From IMG/VR virus record IMGVR_UViG_2868227546_000002, positions 2,976-66,975 of that record: DNA of 64,000 bases. One strand, 5' to 3'. This document shows, one piece after another, positions 37,775 to 48,427 of this stretch. This DNA comes from a virus (Duplodnaviria; Caudoviricetes). The notes below the pieces were generated by a model. That model was not told where the DNA came from, did not search any database, and saw nothing but the letters and a program-made list of their open reading frames with translations. The translations under genes and the position numbers were made by a program. Position 1 is the stretch's first letter. Every line of letters starts with the position of its first letter.

Positions 37775-37802
37775 TTGACGTTTTTAAGCTTTTTTACACT
37801 AT
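37775..37802 (+). promoter_or_regulatory. class-2 promoter TTGACR-N16-CAYTAT
   Basis: Same spacing and TTTTTTA spacer end as at 40076 and 53438. Confidence 0.55.
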
Positions 37803-37821
37803 ATATGAGAGATATGAGAGA

Positions 37822-38310
37822 TAACTATAGATTACAACAAAGTGATGAACCTGTAACAGATAACCTACAACAGTTCACTTGACATACTATAAGAATTGAC
37901 TTGAAAAGTCATTCAGTGAAACTGAATCAAAACTAAAGGTTAAGAAACAATAAGATATAAAACTATAGATAAGTAACATATAGATATAACATTGAAGATA
38001 ATCTATAGATGAATCTATAGATATGAAACCTATAGATAAAACTAAAAGATGTAACCTATAGATACATCGTAGAGATAGAATCTATAGATTACACCTTTAG
38101 CTGGTCTTTAGATTGTAATTACTAGATAGCCTATAACAGTTTACCTTGACTTGCTCCTATATGATATATCTATAGATAGTCATAGAGACTGTATCACGAC
38201 AAAGCCTATAGACTGTATCTATATGGTACATTTACATATAAGATAATCTACAATAGTATGCTTTGACTTGGAAACTATAGATTGTATCTATATGATAGCC
38301 TAGTATAGAA
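37822..38310. repeat. degenerate CTATAGAT array II, opposite orientation to array I
   Basis: aactatagat, aatctatagatg, aacctatagata, atctatagatt etc.; no long ORF. Confidence 0.75.
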
Positions 38311-38593
38311 ACTCATAGATAACATAGGATAGTCCAGAGCAGAAGAATACCCAAAACCAAATCATTTCATTGCCTGTACCATCATCCCAAGTGGCTTCAT
38401 CACTAATAGCCAATAGGATGGCAAAAAATGAGTACACAAAACATAAAATAGGCGCAATGATAAGTCCTTTTTCAACAATCATATAGATTCCAGCCAATGC
38501 AACAAATACAGCATGTGGAATCACCATGATTCTAAAGCTAAAGGAATACATCAAGACTGCATAGGCAGCATGAATCAGCAAGATACCAAACAT
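38300..38593 (-). CDS. multi-TM membrane protein
   Basis: SD AAAGGAGG, mostly hydrophobic. Confidence 0.75.
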   Translation of the reverse strand: MFGILLIHAAYAVLMYSFSFRIMVIPHAVFVALAGIYMIVEKGLIIAPILCFVYSFFAILLAISDEATWDDGTGNEMIWFWVFFCSGLSYVIYEFLY

Positions 38594-38654
38594 ATAAATT
38601 TTCCTCCTTTATGTGAAAATAGACCCTGTGAAATTCAGCAGGGTCATTTTTACG

Positions 38655-39188
38655 TTATAACGCCATTTTACCGTACACGGTATCATTCATAACATCTTCT
38701 GTTATGCCAATGTATCTGAGTGTATGTGATTCGCTAGAATGATTCAAGGCTTCCATGATATAGGCAATAGGTACTTTGAGTACATTATAGGCGTAATATC
38801 CAAATGTTTTACGCATTGTATGTGTACCAATGTCATCAACACCAGCTTTTTTGCCAGCAGTTTTGATAATCTTGTAAGCCTGTGCATAGCTTAACGGTTC
38901 ACCAGTCTTTGACGGGAATAACCATTCGCCTTTACAGTACATTTCAATATACTCAAGCAATTCACTATAGAACGAATCAGATAACTGGAAACGTTTGATT
39001 TTCCCTGTTTTTTGTTCTTGTAATTCTATTGTACGTTTAATATCAGATACTTTCAAGTCTAAGATGTCACTGATACGTAGACCAGTGTTAAGTCCTAAGC
39101 GGAATAACATCTTGTTACGGATACCGCCTAGATTGTCGATAACTTGATTTAATTTATCTTTGTCTTTAATTGGTTGTACTGTTTTCAT
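38655..39188 (-). CDS. small tyrosine recombinase (catalytic domain only, resolvase-like)
   Basis: TGLRISD, EQKTGK, HTMRKTF, LNHS...TLRYIG. Confidence 0.93.
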   Translation of the reverse strand: MKTVQPIKDKDKLNQVIDNLGGIRNKMLFRLGLNTGLRISDILDLKVSDIKRTIELQEQKTGKIKRFQLSDSFYSELLEYIEMYCKGEWLFPSKTGEPLSYAQAYKIIKTAGKKAGVDDIGTHTMRKTFGYYAYNVLKVPIAYIMEALNHSSESHTLRYIGITEDVMNDTVYGKMAL

Positions 39189-39221
39189 TGCATGTCTCCT
39201 TTAATAAATAACTTTACGTAA

Positions 39222-39251
39222 ATTATAACAGAATTTATTATAAAATGTCAA
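39222..39251 (-). promoter_or_regulatory. promoter of the recombinase
   Basis: Minus strand TTGACA-18-TATAAT. Confidence 0.7.
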
Positions 39252-39271
39252 TACTAAAAGGAGTGAATATA

Positions 39272-39916
39272 TTGTCAAAACTAAATGTAGAAGAAATAAA
39301 ACCTATTAAGGTTCATCTGCACGATACTAGACCTATTTCTATTATTGATAAATATGGACTAGGAGACTATATCCGCCAATTGCGTGCCAAAGGGTTGTCG
39401 TATCTAAGCATTGCAAAAGAAATCAATAAACAACCCGAAATGAAAGGCAAGCCAATAGCACCACAGATTGTATCAAGCTGGGGTAAAGCCAACATCGAAG
39501 AACAAATGAGCGTAAACAAACGTGATGAAATAATCAATACGTATAACGAAAACAAGCGGTTATTGACTGCAGTAGAAAACCAAATGACGCTACTAGAAGT
39601 ATTTCTTGATGATTTGTCGCAAGAGGTATTAGTCGCCAATGATGTTGCCACATTGTATAAACGTATGCAAGAACTCAATAAGGACTACGAGAAATATATC
39701 AATCGTAAGCAGTCTATATTGCAACAAATCCAGCTGTTACAAGATAAAGTATATAATCTACAGACTTTATCAGAGATTGTGCAAGAAGTGTTAGAAACAG
39801 TAAGACGTATTAGTCCCGATATATACGAGGAAGTAGTATCTGACATGAAAAGCAATAAAGTATTACTATCAGCGTATGAGAAAGTCATGGATTTTGAGAC
39901 AAAATATACTGTATAG
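39272..39916 (+). CDS. terS: probable terminase small subunit
   Basis: SD AAAGGAG + TTG; N-terminal HTH (LRAKGLSYLSIAKEIN) then coiled coil; directly upstream of terL. Confidence 0.55.
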   Translation: MSKLNVEEIKPIKVHLHDTRPISIIDKYGLGDYIRQLRAKGLSYLSIAKEINKQPEMKGKPIAPQIVSSWGKANIEEQMSVNKRDEIINTYNENKRLLTAVENQMTLLEVFLDDLSQEVLVANDVATLYKRMQELNKDYEKYINRKQSILQQIQLLQDKVYNLQTLSEIVQEVLETVRRISPDIYEEVVSDMKSNKVLLSAYEKVMDFETKYTV

Positions 39917-40075
39917 AAATATAGTTCAACGCAACAATCCACATCAGATTAAGTATTTAAAATGGCATTTTTAGAAACTTAATTAAGACTAAGTTTTAAA
40001 ATATTAAATTTACAGACTTATTATAGGATTCCTATCAATCTATATAAAAATTTTTGTATTTTTTAAAACTTTTGG

Positions 40076-40103
40076 TTGACAAAATAAGACTTTTTTACAT
40101 TAT
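40076..40103 (+). promoter_or_regulatory. class-2 promoter before terL
   Basis: TTGACA-N16-CATTAT. Confidence 0.6.
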
Positions 40104-40133
40104 ATATGAAAAGCATAGAAAGTAGGTGAATGA

Positions 40134-41807
40134 GTGGCAAATATTTTAGAAGATGTGTTAGGTACAACCATAAAGCAAAAGCGACAAACAAAGTTAGTCG
40201 ATGAAGTAACAAACAGAGATAAAGGGGCAAATGATTTTCAATTTTTTGCCACGCATTACTTTCCACATATATTTTCAGCCCCCTTATGTAATTTTCACAT
40301 CGACATGTTTAAAGACGTAGAAAACATGATATTAAACTTTGACGGATTACATAATAAATTTGTCAGAGGAGCACCACGTGGTCATGGTAAGTCACGTATT
40401 ATATCAGTAGCAGCAGTTCTATGGATTATATGCTATGGATACAGGCGAAATATCATGCTGATAGCAGATACATCCAGCCAATCCAAAGAATACATTCAGA
40501 CTATCAAAGCAGAATTAGAAGATAACGTAGAACTGAAAAAAGACTTTGGTATTTTAGTAGGTGACGAAAAATGGCGAGAGGATGAAATCATTACAGGAAA
40601 TGACATACACGTGATTTCAAAATCGAGTGGACAGTCCTTACGTGGTTCATCGTACAAGAACATTAGACCAGAGGTTGTAATACTTGACGATTTAGAGAAT
40701 GACGAAAACGTTGAAACAGAATCACAACGTCAAAAGCTGTATAACTGGTTCATGAAAGTATTAATGCCTATTGGCAATCCACGCACAGTATTTCTATACG
40801 TTGGGTCAGTACTACATTATGAATCACTGTTATATAAAGTACTAACAGAATCCAAATACAACGATTGGTCACGCAGGTTATATCGTGCTGTAGACCAATT
40901 CTCCAGCAGTCCACTATGGGATGAGTGGCGAGATATATTTAATGACTTATCGAGAGATAATCCTTCGGATGAAGCCTACCAGTTCTTTTGTGATAATGCA
41001 GATGAAATGATGAAAGACGTTGAAATAATGTGGAGCGGTAGAGACTACTCTTTATTTGCTAATCAGAAAATATCTCACGATGAACGCATGGAGAAAAGCC
41101 GTAGAAGCTGGTACTACAAATTAATGGTACTCAAATTGCAAGACGATGACGCATTTAACAGTGAGTATCAAAACAATCCTATGACAGAGGATAGCCGTAT
41201 ATTTAAAGAAGAATGGATAAAGAGGAACTACTATGAAACACTACCACAGCTTAAAGAGATATATGGAAGTGTTGACGTATCTATGGGTAAAAGCCGTACA
41301 GGTGACACATCCGCAATCATATTTGTTGGTCGGGGTGTGGATAATTTCTTGTATATCCTAGAAGCAGACATATGTAGACGTTCACCCGACATAATCATTC
41401 GTGACTTAATCGGCTATTTGGACAAATATAGCGGTCGAATCACAGGCTTTATAGTCGAAGAGAACGTATTCCAAGAGTTCTTTTCTAAGACATTACAAGA
41501 GACGTGTAGAAACATGGGCTTGTATGTAAACTGGATAAGCGCTAGAAGTAGCACAGGTGATTCAAAACCGTTGCGTATCCGAAGTTTAGCACCAAAGATA
41601 CAACAAGGCTATTTAAAATTTAATCAAGGACAAACAGTCCTAATACAACAATTGAAAAACTTTCCAAAAGACCATGATGATGGTCCTGACGCACTAGAAC
41701 GATGTATCAATCAAATGATTAATACAAAGTCTAGTGTTTTTTTTACGAGTACAGCAGTTAAGAAACAAGATATGTTTAATCAAATGATAAGGGGGTGGAG
41801 AAGATAA
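40134..41807 (+). CDS. terL: terminase large subunit
   Basis: APRGHGKS Walker A, ILDDLE Walker B, EYQNNP, GSVDVS, HDDGPDAL. Confidence 0.95.
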   Translation: MANILEDVLGTTIKQKRQTKLVDEVTNRDKGANDFQFFATHYFPHIFSAPLCNFHIDMFKDVENMILNFDGLHNKFVRGAPRGHGKSRIISVAAVLWIICYGYRRNIMLIADTSSQSKEYIQTIKAELEDNVELKKDFGILVGDEKWREDEIITGNDIHVISKSSGQSLRGSSYKNIRPEVVILDDLENDENVETESQRQKLYNWFMKVLMPIGNPRTVFLYVGSVLHYESLLYKVLTESKYNDWSRRLYRAVDQFSSSPLWDEWRDIFNDLSRDNPSDEAYQFFCDNADEMMKDVEIMWSGRDYSLFANQKISHDERMEKSRRSWYYKLMVLKLQDDDAFNSEYQNNPMTEDSRIFKEEWIKRNYYETLPQLKEIYGSVDVSMGKSRTGDTSAIIFVGRGVDNFLYILEADICRRSPDIIIRDLIGYLDKYSGRITGFIVEENVFQEFFSKTLQETCRNMGLYVNWISARSSTGDSKPLRIRSLAPKIQQGYLKFNQGQTVLIQQLKNFPKDHDDGPDALERCINQMINTKSSVFFTSTAVKKQDMFNQMIRGWRR

Positions 41808-43162
41808 ACGTATTCAAGCGAATGTATCTATGGGCGACATCGTTCGTAAAACGTGATACAGTACAATCCATTCCTCTAGGGTACTTTGGCAGTGGTAGCG
41901 GTACAAGATATTTCACTACAGCTATGAAACGCAGTTTATCGTTCGATGAACTCAGAGCCTTATCCAAAACTCCACTTGCTAGAAGTGCAATCAACCAAAT
42001 TCGAGAGGGTATCTTAAATCTACCGTATGAAATCGTATCAGTAGATGGCAAGGTACATAAAAAAGAGATAGAACTTGTAAGAAATATTATACAGAATCCG
42101 AACTGTATCGATGACTATGAACAGTTTATCGGTAAGCTAATCGATGACTTGTTAGTCTTAGACCAAGCAACTTTTGAAAAGAAATTAGTTAAGAATAATC
42201 CACAGCCGTTACACTTGTTTACTATCGACTCAAAAACAATCGAACTAGTAGAAAACTGGAGTGGAAATCCAAAAGAATATCGATATGCACAGGCACTAGA
42301 GACAGGTCAGAAAGCATTCTATACAGGTGAAAAAGTCGCAATGATTCAACGTACGAATTTTACATACGATGATTTTGGACATTCGCCAATGCAGACAGCA
42401 TACAATCATATTCGTTATCTAGTGGACATCCAAGAGTATGCAAGCGAAATCACTGGCAACGGTATGCCTAAGTACTTATTAGTCATGAGTGAAGCCGTAG
42501 GTCAAGAAGAGTTAGATAGATTAAGAGCATACATCGAGAACTCTTTACAAGGGTCTACTACTCTAGGCGTTATTTCGGGGAAAGACGTTCAGTCGGTACA
42601 AACGAGTCCTATCGGAGATGAAGCTACATGCTTATCGTGGCAGAAAATGTTAATCCAAATCATTGCAACGGCGTTTAACATTCCACCAGAAAAACTAGGT
42701 AGTGCAATATCAAACGATAGAAGTACTACAGCAGAAAAAGATAGCGACATGCTAGAGTACACTATCAAACCGTGGTCTAAGGTAATCGAACGTGCGATTA
42801 ACAAACACGTGATTGATACGTTGGGATTATCTAACAAGATTGAGTTTAGATACATTTATACACCGACAGCTAGTCAACAGACAGCGACAGTAGACCGTGT
42901 GAAAAAGCTAGTCGATAGCGACATGATAACTTTCAATGAAGCACGATTGTTACTCAGCGGTGTTGTATCTATCGAGTTGCCGCCAATCGAACAAGGTGAC
43001 TTGAGATTGTCAGAATATAAAAACGAATTGGCAACAAGTCTAGCGGTAACACAACAGCAAGCACAGATTGACTCCACTACAGAAAATGTAGTTGATGATA
43101 AATCTTTAGAGAAAGGAGAGAAAAGCGATGAGCAAGAAACAGACGATAACCCTACAGGCTAG
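41795..43162 (+). CDS. portal protein
   Basis: Position after terL; G.SP...A, IATAFNIPPEKLG, ITFNEAR. Confidence 0.9.
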   Translation: MEKINVFKRMYLWATSFVKRDTVQSIPLGYFGSGSGTRYFTTAMKRSLSFDELRALSKTPLARSAINQIREGILNLPYEIVSVDGKVHKKEIELVRNIIQNPNCIDDYEQFIGKLIDDLLVLDQATFEKKLVKNNPQPLHLFTIDSKTIELVENWSGNPKEYRYAQALETGQKAFYTGEKVAMIQRTNFTYDDFGHSPMQTAYNHIRYLVDIQEYASEITGNGMPKYLLVMSEAVGQEELDRLRAYIENSLQGSTTLGVISGKDVQSVQTSPIGDEATCLSWQKMLIQIIATAFNIPPEKLGSAISNDRSTTAEKDSDMLEYTIKPWSKVIERAINKHVIDTLGLSNKIEFRYIYTPTASQQTATVDRVKKLVDSDMITFNEARLLLSGVVSIELPPIEQGDLRLSEYKNELATSLAVTQQQAQIDSTTENVVDDKSLEKGEKSDEQETDDNPTG

Positions 43163-44063
43163 TGGAAATGATTTTACAGTCAAAACTGAAAGCCACTCTA
43201 ATAAGATGAAATTCACGGCTACAGTTATGTATTTAGACCAATACAGTGACGGCGTACCAGATGGAAGTGTATGGGAAAAAATTCTGTTAGAAAAGTCAGA
43301 ATGTGAGAAATCACTAGAAACAATGAATCTTATGGGTATTAATTGCGTGTGGGATGAGTGGGGAAAAGCAAATTGGCAATTTGATGGTCATGACCCTAGA
43401 AACAAAATAGGTGTTGTTGAAAATACATACATCGAGGGAAATGAACTCAAGATAGACGGAATTATTTATAAGCGAGACTTTTCAGACATTTCTCAATTCA
43501 TTAGGAACACAATGGAATCTATGGGATTTTCTATTGAGGCGTCATTTAACGATTGGGAGGAAACTGAAGAGGGCTTAATCATCCGTGATGTCGAATTTAC
43601 GGGTGTTAGTATGTTATTTAAAAATTGTGCTGCCTACAGTGATACATATATTGAAACACTTAGTGCAAGCAAGAAAGATAAGGAGATTATGACACAAGAA
43701 GAACGCAATACTTTTATGGAAGAAGTAACAAACTCTATTATGGCAAAAATTAATGAAGTACAAGAACAAGAAAAACAAGCAAGTGAGTTAGAAGCACTCA
43801 AAGCACAAATCGAAACATTGCAAGCCAGCAACAAAGCCTTAGAAGAGGAAAACAACAGCTTAAAAGCTAATGCGAAAACAGTTGAAGCAAAATCCAAAGA
43901 AGAACCTTCTAAAGAAAAAGAAGAAGAACCTAAAGAGGATGTAAAAGCTAGTACAGTAACAAGTGACTTAAAAACTAAAGCAAAATTTGTAGAAGCGTCA
44001 AATGTTAAGTATGACAATTATGGCGCAATGATTAATGCATTCATTAAATCTATTAACGGTTAA
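43128..44063 (+). CDS. prohead protease with C-terminal scaffold-like coiled coil
   Basis: GHD...KIG, GFSIE, FTGVSML; acidic coiled-coil tail. Confidence 0.75.
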   Translation: MSKKQTITLQASGNDFTVKTESHSNKMKFTATVMYLDQYSDGVPDGSVWEKILLEKSECEKSLETMNLMGINCVWDEWGKANWQFDGHDPRNKIGVVENTYIEGNELKIDGIIYKRDFSDISQFIRNTMESMGFSIEASFNDWEETEEGLIIRDVEFTGVSMLFKNCAAYSDTYIETLSASKKDKEIMTQEERNTFMEEVTNSIMAKINEVQEQEKQASELEALKAQIETLQASNKALEEENNSLKANAKTVEAKSKEEPSKEKEEEPKEDVKASTVTSDLKTKAKFVEASNVKYDNYGAMINAFIKSING

Positions 44064-44081
44064 TTACAGGAGAATAAAACA

Positions 44082-45113
44082 ATGGCAGTAAAAAATACAA
44101 GATTCGTAAATGCTGGAACAGTAGCAGATTATAACCAAGGTCACTATGTCGAGTTACCTAAATTCCAAGAAGGTATGTTGGATTTGGTTGACCGTCGAGT
44201 GACAATTTTAAACCGTATCCAACCAGTACCAGCGACAGGACACCCTACACGTTATTGGGAACAAACTAAATTTGCTAAAAATGCAAAATTTGTGAATCCA
44301 CGTAACGGTGGTACAAATGGAAACTATGGTGTAGATACACTTGATGAAGATTATGGACGTGTTGAAAAGTCCGCAATGTTGAAAGCCTTGACATCTGAAA
44401 TTAAGTTTACATTATTCGATTCTGAACTTGTAAAACAACAAGGCGTTATGGAAGCATTACTTGACAAAGACATGAAAGATATGATTGTTGACTTACGCCG
44501 TACGCAAAATAATTCCATTTGGAACGGTGCAGCTACAGATTTAAACTCTAATGATTCCGCAGAATATGTTGGTTTAAAAACGCAAATCAAAAAAGAACGT
44601 CAAGTTGCTAAACCTGTAAAATTGAATGAAGCATTGACCCCTGACATGCAATATGTAGCAGATGAAATCATCTCTCAAATTGCGTTACAAGAATCTGACT
44701 TAGATTTTGACGCATATCCTACAGCATTGTATGCCAATCCACAAACGATTGATTATATCATTAAATCCGAAGCTAAACGTGAAAACCGTCAAATCTGTAG
44801 TCCAGATGAGCGTGCAGAATTAGGTGTTGGCTTTAAAGTGTACACTATCCGCACATCTCAAGGTGACTTGCCTTTAATTTCTGACCCTTTTATTAAGTTA
44901 GAAGATGGTACTGGTGGTAAGAAAAAACATACTGTATACGCAGTCAATGAAAAACTTATTGAACGTCACTACTTGACTTCATCCGAGCCACGTATCTTTA
45001 AAATGGGTTTAAACAAAACTTTAGTGGATGACTATGTAGCGGTTCAATTCGATACAATTATTGCTAAAGGTGCAGAAGCTGGCGCACACTTCAAAGTATC
45101 CTTTGAACTTTAA
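44082..45113 (+). CDS. major capsid protein
   Basis: 343 aa after the protease; HK97-like pattern; strong terminator shortly after. Confidence 0.85.
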   Translation: MAVKNTRFVNAGTVADYNQGHYVELPKFQEGMLDLVDRRVTILNRIQPVPATGHPTRYWEQTKFAKNAKFVNPRNGGTNGNYGVDTLDEDYGRVEKSAMLKALTSEIKFTLFDSELVKQQGVMEALLDKDMKDMIVDLRRTQNNSIWNGAATDLNSNDSAEYVGLKTQIKKERQVAKPVKLNEALTPDMQYVADEIISQIALQESDLDFDAYPTALYANPQTIDYIIKSEAKRENRQICSPDERAELGVGFKVYTIRTSQGDLPLISDPFIKLEDGTGGKKKHTVYAVNEKLIERHYLTSSEPRIFKMGLNKTLVDDYVAVQFDTIIAKGAEAGAHFKVSFEL

Positions 45114-45127
45114 TCAGCGGTATAGAC

Positions 45128-45152
45128 AGAGGGTGAGTAATCACCCTCTTTT
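45128..45152 (+). terminator. intrinsic terminator after MCP
   Basis: AGAGGGTGA-gtaa-TCACCCTCT-TTT. Confidence 0.85.
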
Positions 45153-45166
45153 AATTTGAGGTATAT

Positions 45167-45412
45167 ATGGAAAAAGTAAAAGCTAAATTAAAAAACAAGC
45201 ACGTTACAACATTGTCTTTTGCAAATGTTGCTTTTGACGTTGTTGATGGAATGGTTGAGATTCCAGCTAAGTATATTACAGATGAGTTTAAACATCTTTT
45301 TGAAGAAGTCCTTGAGAAAGAAGCAAAAGCAGAAACTGTAGAGGAAACAAAAGAGGAATCCACAGAAGAACCAAAAGAAGAAGCTAAGGGCAAAAAGAAA
45401 GAAAAGGAGTAG
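45167..45412 (+). CDS. small head-associated protein
   Basis: E/K-rich tail; position after MCP. Confidence 0.65.
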   Translation: MEKVKAKLKNKHVTTLSFANVAFDVVDGMVEIPAKYITDEFKHLFEEVLEKEAKAETVEETKEESTEEPKEEAKGKKKEKE

Positions 45413-45415
45413 TCA

Positions 45416-45994
45416 ATGGCACAGTCGATGTATTTGACAGAAAATGAGATGATTGCCTATTGTGAAGCAGTACCAGTTACCGTGAGTCAAGTTCGATTCG
45501 CTTCATCTATGATTGACGCATACATCGGACTAGTTGACGGAAAATCAAAGTTTGGAGTTCATGTAGGCACAGAAACCGTAAGGTTTAATCGTAAGGGTAT
45601 CGGGAGAATCAAGCGAAGTCCTATCATAGGAATTACTAAAGCAATAGTCAGCGGAAGTGGTCACTTCGGAATGACAGAATTTGAAATAGATAGTCGATTG
45701 CTTTCTTACGATGAACTAGGGTATGTATACGCACCGAATGTATCGGGTTGCTTTAATTCTGTTATAAGCGGTGTAACAACACCTAAAGAGATTACAATTC
45801 ACTATCTATACGGATATGAAGAAATACCAGAGCCTATTAAGGTGGCGTGTGCAATGATTGCGATGAATATAGCACAAAGCGCAACATTCTTAAATCTTGA
45901 CTCCATGACTACACTTGACGCACGATTCTCTTTATCAGACCCTAGTGTAATTACTAGCGAGATTAGACGGTTATTATCGGGGTACAGGCTATGA
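45416..45994 (+). CDS. head-tail adaptor
   Basis: ASSMIDAY, Y.YGYEEIPEPIK.AC, LLSGYR. Confidence 0.75.
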   Translation: MAQSMYLTENEMIAYCEAVPVTVSQVRFASSMIDAYIGLVDGKSKFGVHVGTETVRFNRKGIGRIKRSPIIGITKAIVSGSGHFGMTEFEIDSRLLSYDELGYVYAPNVSGCFNSVISGVTTPKEITIHYLYGYEEIPEPIKVACAMIAMNIAQSATFLNLDSMTTLDARFSLSDPSVITSEIRRLLSGYRL

Positions 45995-46578
45995 GTGTAC
46001 GTATCGGAAGTAAGTTTAGTGCAACAGCTATGTTCGCAAGATATAGAACTATATGTCACTGTGAGAATAAAGATGATGAATTTATCATGTTTACACGTAT
46101 CGGACGTGGCACAAAACGATTCCTTATTAATAATGTGTTGTGGGGGTTAATGGATACAGATTCTGCATTTGATGTGGGAGATGTTATTACAGACGATAAC
46201 GGTACAATGTATTTCCTAGTGGCAAAAACAAACTCAATGCAGGGTGACAAAGGAGAGTTCTATAAAACAAATTGTACGATAGATATTGTAGACGTCAAAA
46301 AGAATTATAACGAATATGGTGAACAGCTAGACAATAGCGAGATAACACGATATAAAGACTATCCAGTAGTTTATGAGGATGTATCAGCACATATGCACCT
46401 ATTCGATTATGGACTTTTGCCAACAACAACAAGGCGGTTCATCGTACCGAGTTGTACTGTAGTCGATGTAGGCGACAGAATAGTTCTTAATGGCGAAAAC
46501 AGCCGTGTTGATAGTATCAATAAGTCAGACTTTCAACCGTTCTTATACCTACAGTGTTCAAAAGACAACAGGGTGTAG
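45991..46578 (+). CDS. head closure/stopper-like protein
   Basis: Beta-rich; synteny. Confidence 0.55.
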   Translation: MSVRIGSKFSATAMFARYRTICHCENKDDEFIMFTRIGRGTKRFLINNVLWGLMDTDSAFDVGDVITDDNGTMYFLVAKTNSMQGDKGEFYKTNCTIDIVDVKKNYNEYGEQLDNSEITRYKDYPVVYEDVSAHMHLFDYGLLPTTTRRFIVPSCTVVDVGDRIVLNGENSRVDSINKSDFQPFLYLQCSKDNRV

Positions 46579-46581
46579 TCT

Positions 46582-47142
46582 ATGAATATGGTAGAGATTG
46601 AATCTATTGTAAAACAGTACGTTGAGGTACTCAATCAACGAATATCTCAAAAGTGGGCGGAAGTAGACCAGGGAATTTTTACAGAACGAAATATATCGGT
46701 AAATTATTTAAGCGACAGTGAATCTATAGAGGTAAAACTTGAGTATGGTGGCATGGGTGCATTTATCATAGAATACGGCAGTGGTTCAGCTATGGTAACA
46801 CATACAGCAGATACACTAGGTAGCTATGGCAACCCAGCATATTCGCACTATATCGGAAGTGAAACATTTAATACTGATAGGCTATCAAAGGGAAATGCAT
46901 TCTTAGGGCGTGAACAAGGTGGTACAGTATATACTCCTACAGGTGCAAGGTATCAATCAACAGGTCGGATGAAAGGTATCAATTTAGAAAAACATAGTAA
47001 TCCATACAAACCACAGCTACCTATGCACATTATTGAAACAGAAATTATCCATTGGAAAGACGAATTAGGGCAAGCATTGGATAAGGCAATCAAAGAATCT
47101 ATAGAGATAAGTATTCTAGGTGCATTCATGGGGGATATATGA
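46582..47142 (+). CDS. neck/tail completion protein (HK97 gp10-like position)
   Basis: A.IIEYGSG; synteny. Confidence 0.55.
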   Translation: MNMVEIESIVKQYVEVLNQRISQKWAEVDQGIFTERNISVNYLSDSESIEVKLEYGGMGAFIIEYGSGSAMVTHTADTLGSYGNPAYSHYIGSETFNTDRLSKGNAFLGREQGGTVYTPTGARYQSTGRMKGINLEKHSNPYKPQLPMHIIETEIIHWKDELGQALDKAIKESIEISILGAFMGDI

Positions 47143-47552
47143 AACACAGTGTTGAATTAAAAAGCGAACTATTTCTACTGTTTAAACAAGATAAAGCAAT
47201 TAGAGAACTCTTAGGAATCACAGCTTTATCAACGGTAGAGGAAATCAATAAGAAAATCAAAAGAGTGTTGGGTAGTGATGATTTAGTTGATGAAACAACA
47301 CCTTTGTTTTTTGTTTACGCATTTATTCCAAGTGTAAGTAACACAAAGAATTATAAAGTCAATCAGTTTACACTTGAGTTTAGAATATACGGTAGATTAC
47401 AAAGTAAAATAGATAAGCTGTATTTAGCAATCAAAGATTGTTTATATCAAAATTATGAAGATATGACTATTTTCTCCGAGGGAAGTATATCAACGGGGAA
47501 TCAAAATTTATATGCATATATGTTTAGAACAAGACCTCTAGTAAGGTCATAA
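47139..47552 (+). CDS. tail terminator-like protein
   Basis: Synteny before the major tail protein. Confidence 0.55.
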   Translation: MKHSVELKSELFLLFKQDKAIRELLGITALSTVEEINKKIKRVLGSDDLVDETTPLFFVYAFIPSVSNTKNYKVNQFTLEFRIYGRLQSKIDKLYLAIKDCLYQNYEDMTIFSEGSISTGNQNLYAYMFRTRPLVRS

Positions 47553-47562
47553 GGAGCAACAA

Positions 47563-48366
47563 ATGGCAGAAGCAAAAGGTAAGAAATTCGTACTTAACGG
47601 TGTAGGTGAAGCAGTCATGACACGTGTTGTGGATGGCAAATATGAAACAATCACCCTAGGTACATTACAAGACATGAAATTGTCTTTCAGCGCGAGTGAA
47701 GAGGATGTATTTGGTGGAGACTCCCCTGTACCAATCTATATCATTCCTAAAGAACAAAAAGTAAACGTATCCTTTACGGAAGCGCAATTCAATCTTGATT
47801 ACTTAGGTGTGACGAATGGTGCTAAGTTATCCAAAGGTGGAGAATTGATTTTTTCCGTAGCACCAAAACTTGTAAGCGGTCAAACGTACAATATCGAGGG
47901 CAAAACAACAGTCATTCCTAAAACAGTACGAGTGACTATTTCTGATGATTTAAGTGGTGCAATCAACGCACAATCTTTAAAATTGAAAACAGACGGTGAA
48001 CCATCTACAGGCGAGTTTACTATTACAAGTGCTGGTGCAGTCAAGTTTGGTGATACACTAGATAACAAATATGTTACGATTAGTGGAATGTACACATCTA
48101 CAGACGCACGTACAGCAACAGTAACAACAGCGAGCGTACCGCAATATGTTGAGTTGCGTCACGTATCTCATCCTGTAGAAATGGGTGATGGTACAAAAGT
48201 TCGCATTCATACTGTAATCTACAAAGCACGAGCAACAGGTAAACTTGACATTGACCATAAACGTCAAGCAGCACATGCGCCACAGTTAGAATTTTCTGTA
48301 GTATACGATACTACACGTACTGACGGTGCAATTATGCAAATGGCACAAGAAATCATTGCAGTTTAA
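47563..48366 (+). CDS. major tail tube protein
   Basis: Beta-rich, followed by a terminator (48372-48405) and the chaperone/TMP genes. Confidence 0.8.
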   Translation: MAEAKGKKFVLNGVGEAVMTRVVDGKYETITLGTLQDMKLSFSASEEDVFGGDSPVPIYIIPKEQKVNVSFTEAQFNLDYLGVTNGAKLSKGGELIFSVAPKLVSGQTYNIEGKTTVIPKTVRVTISDDLSGAINAQSLKLKTDGEPSTGEFTITSAGAVKFGDTLDNKYVTISGMYTSTDARTATVTTASVPQYVELRHVSHPVEMGDGTKVRIHTVIYKARATGKLDIDHKRQAAHAPQLEFSVVYDTTRTDGAIMQMAQEIIAV

Positions 48367-48427
48367 TACGGAAGGGGGTGGGCGGAAGTCTACCCCCTTA
48401 TTTTTATTATAAAGAGAGGTCAAACTT

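Noticed and set aside
40134-41807. Intein or intron in terminase, helicase or capsid genes
   Set aside because: Normal lengths, no splice motifs, no homing endonuclease ORF.
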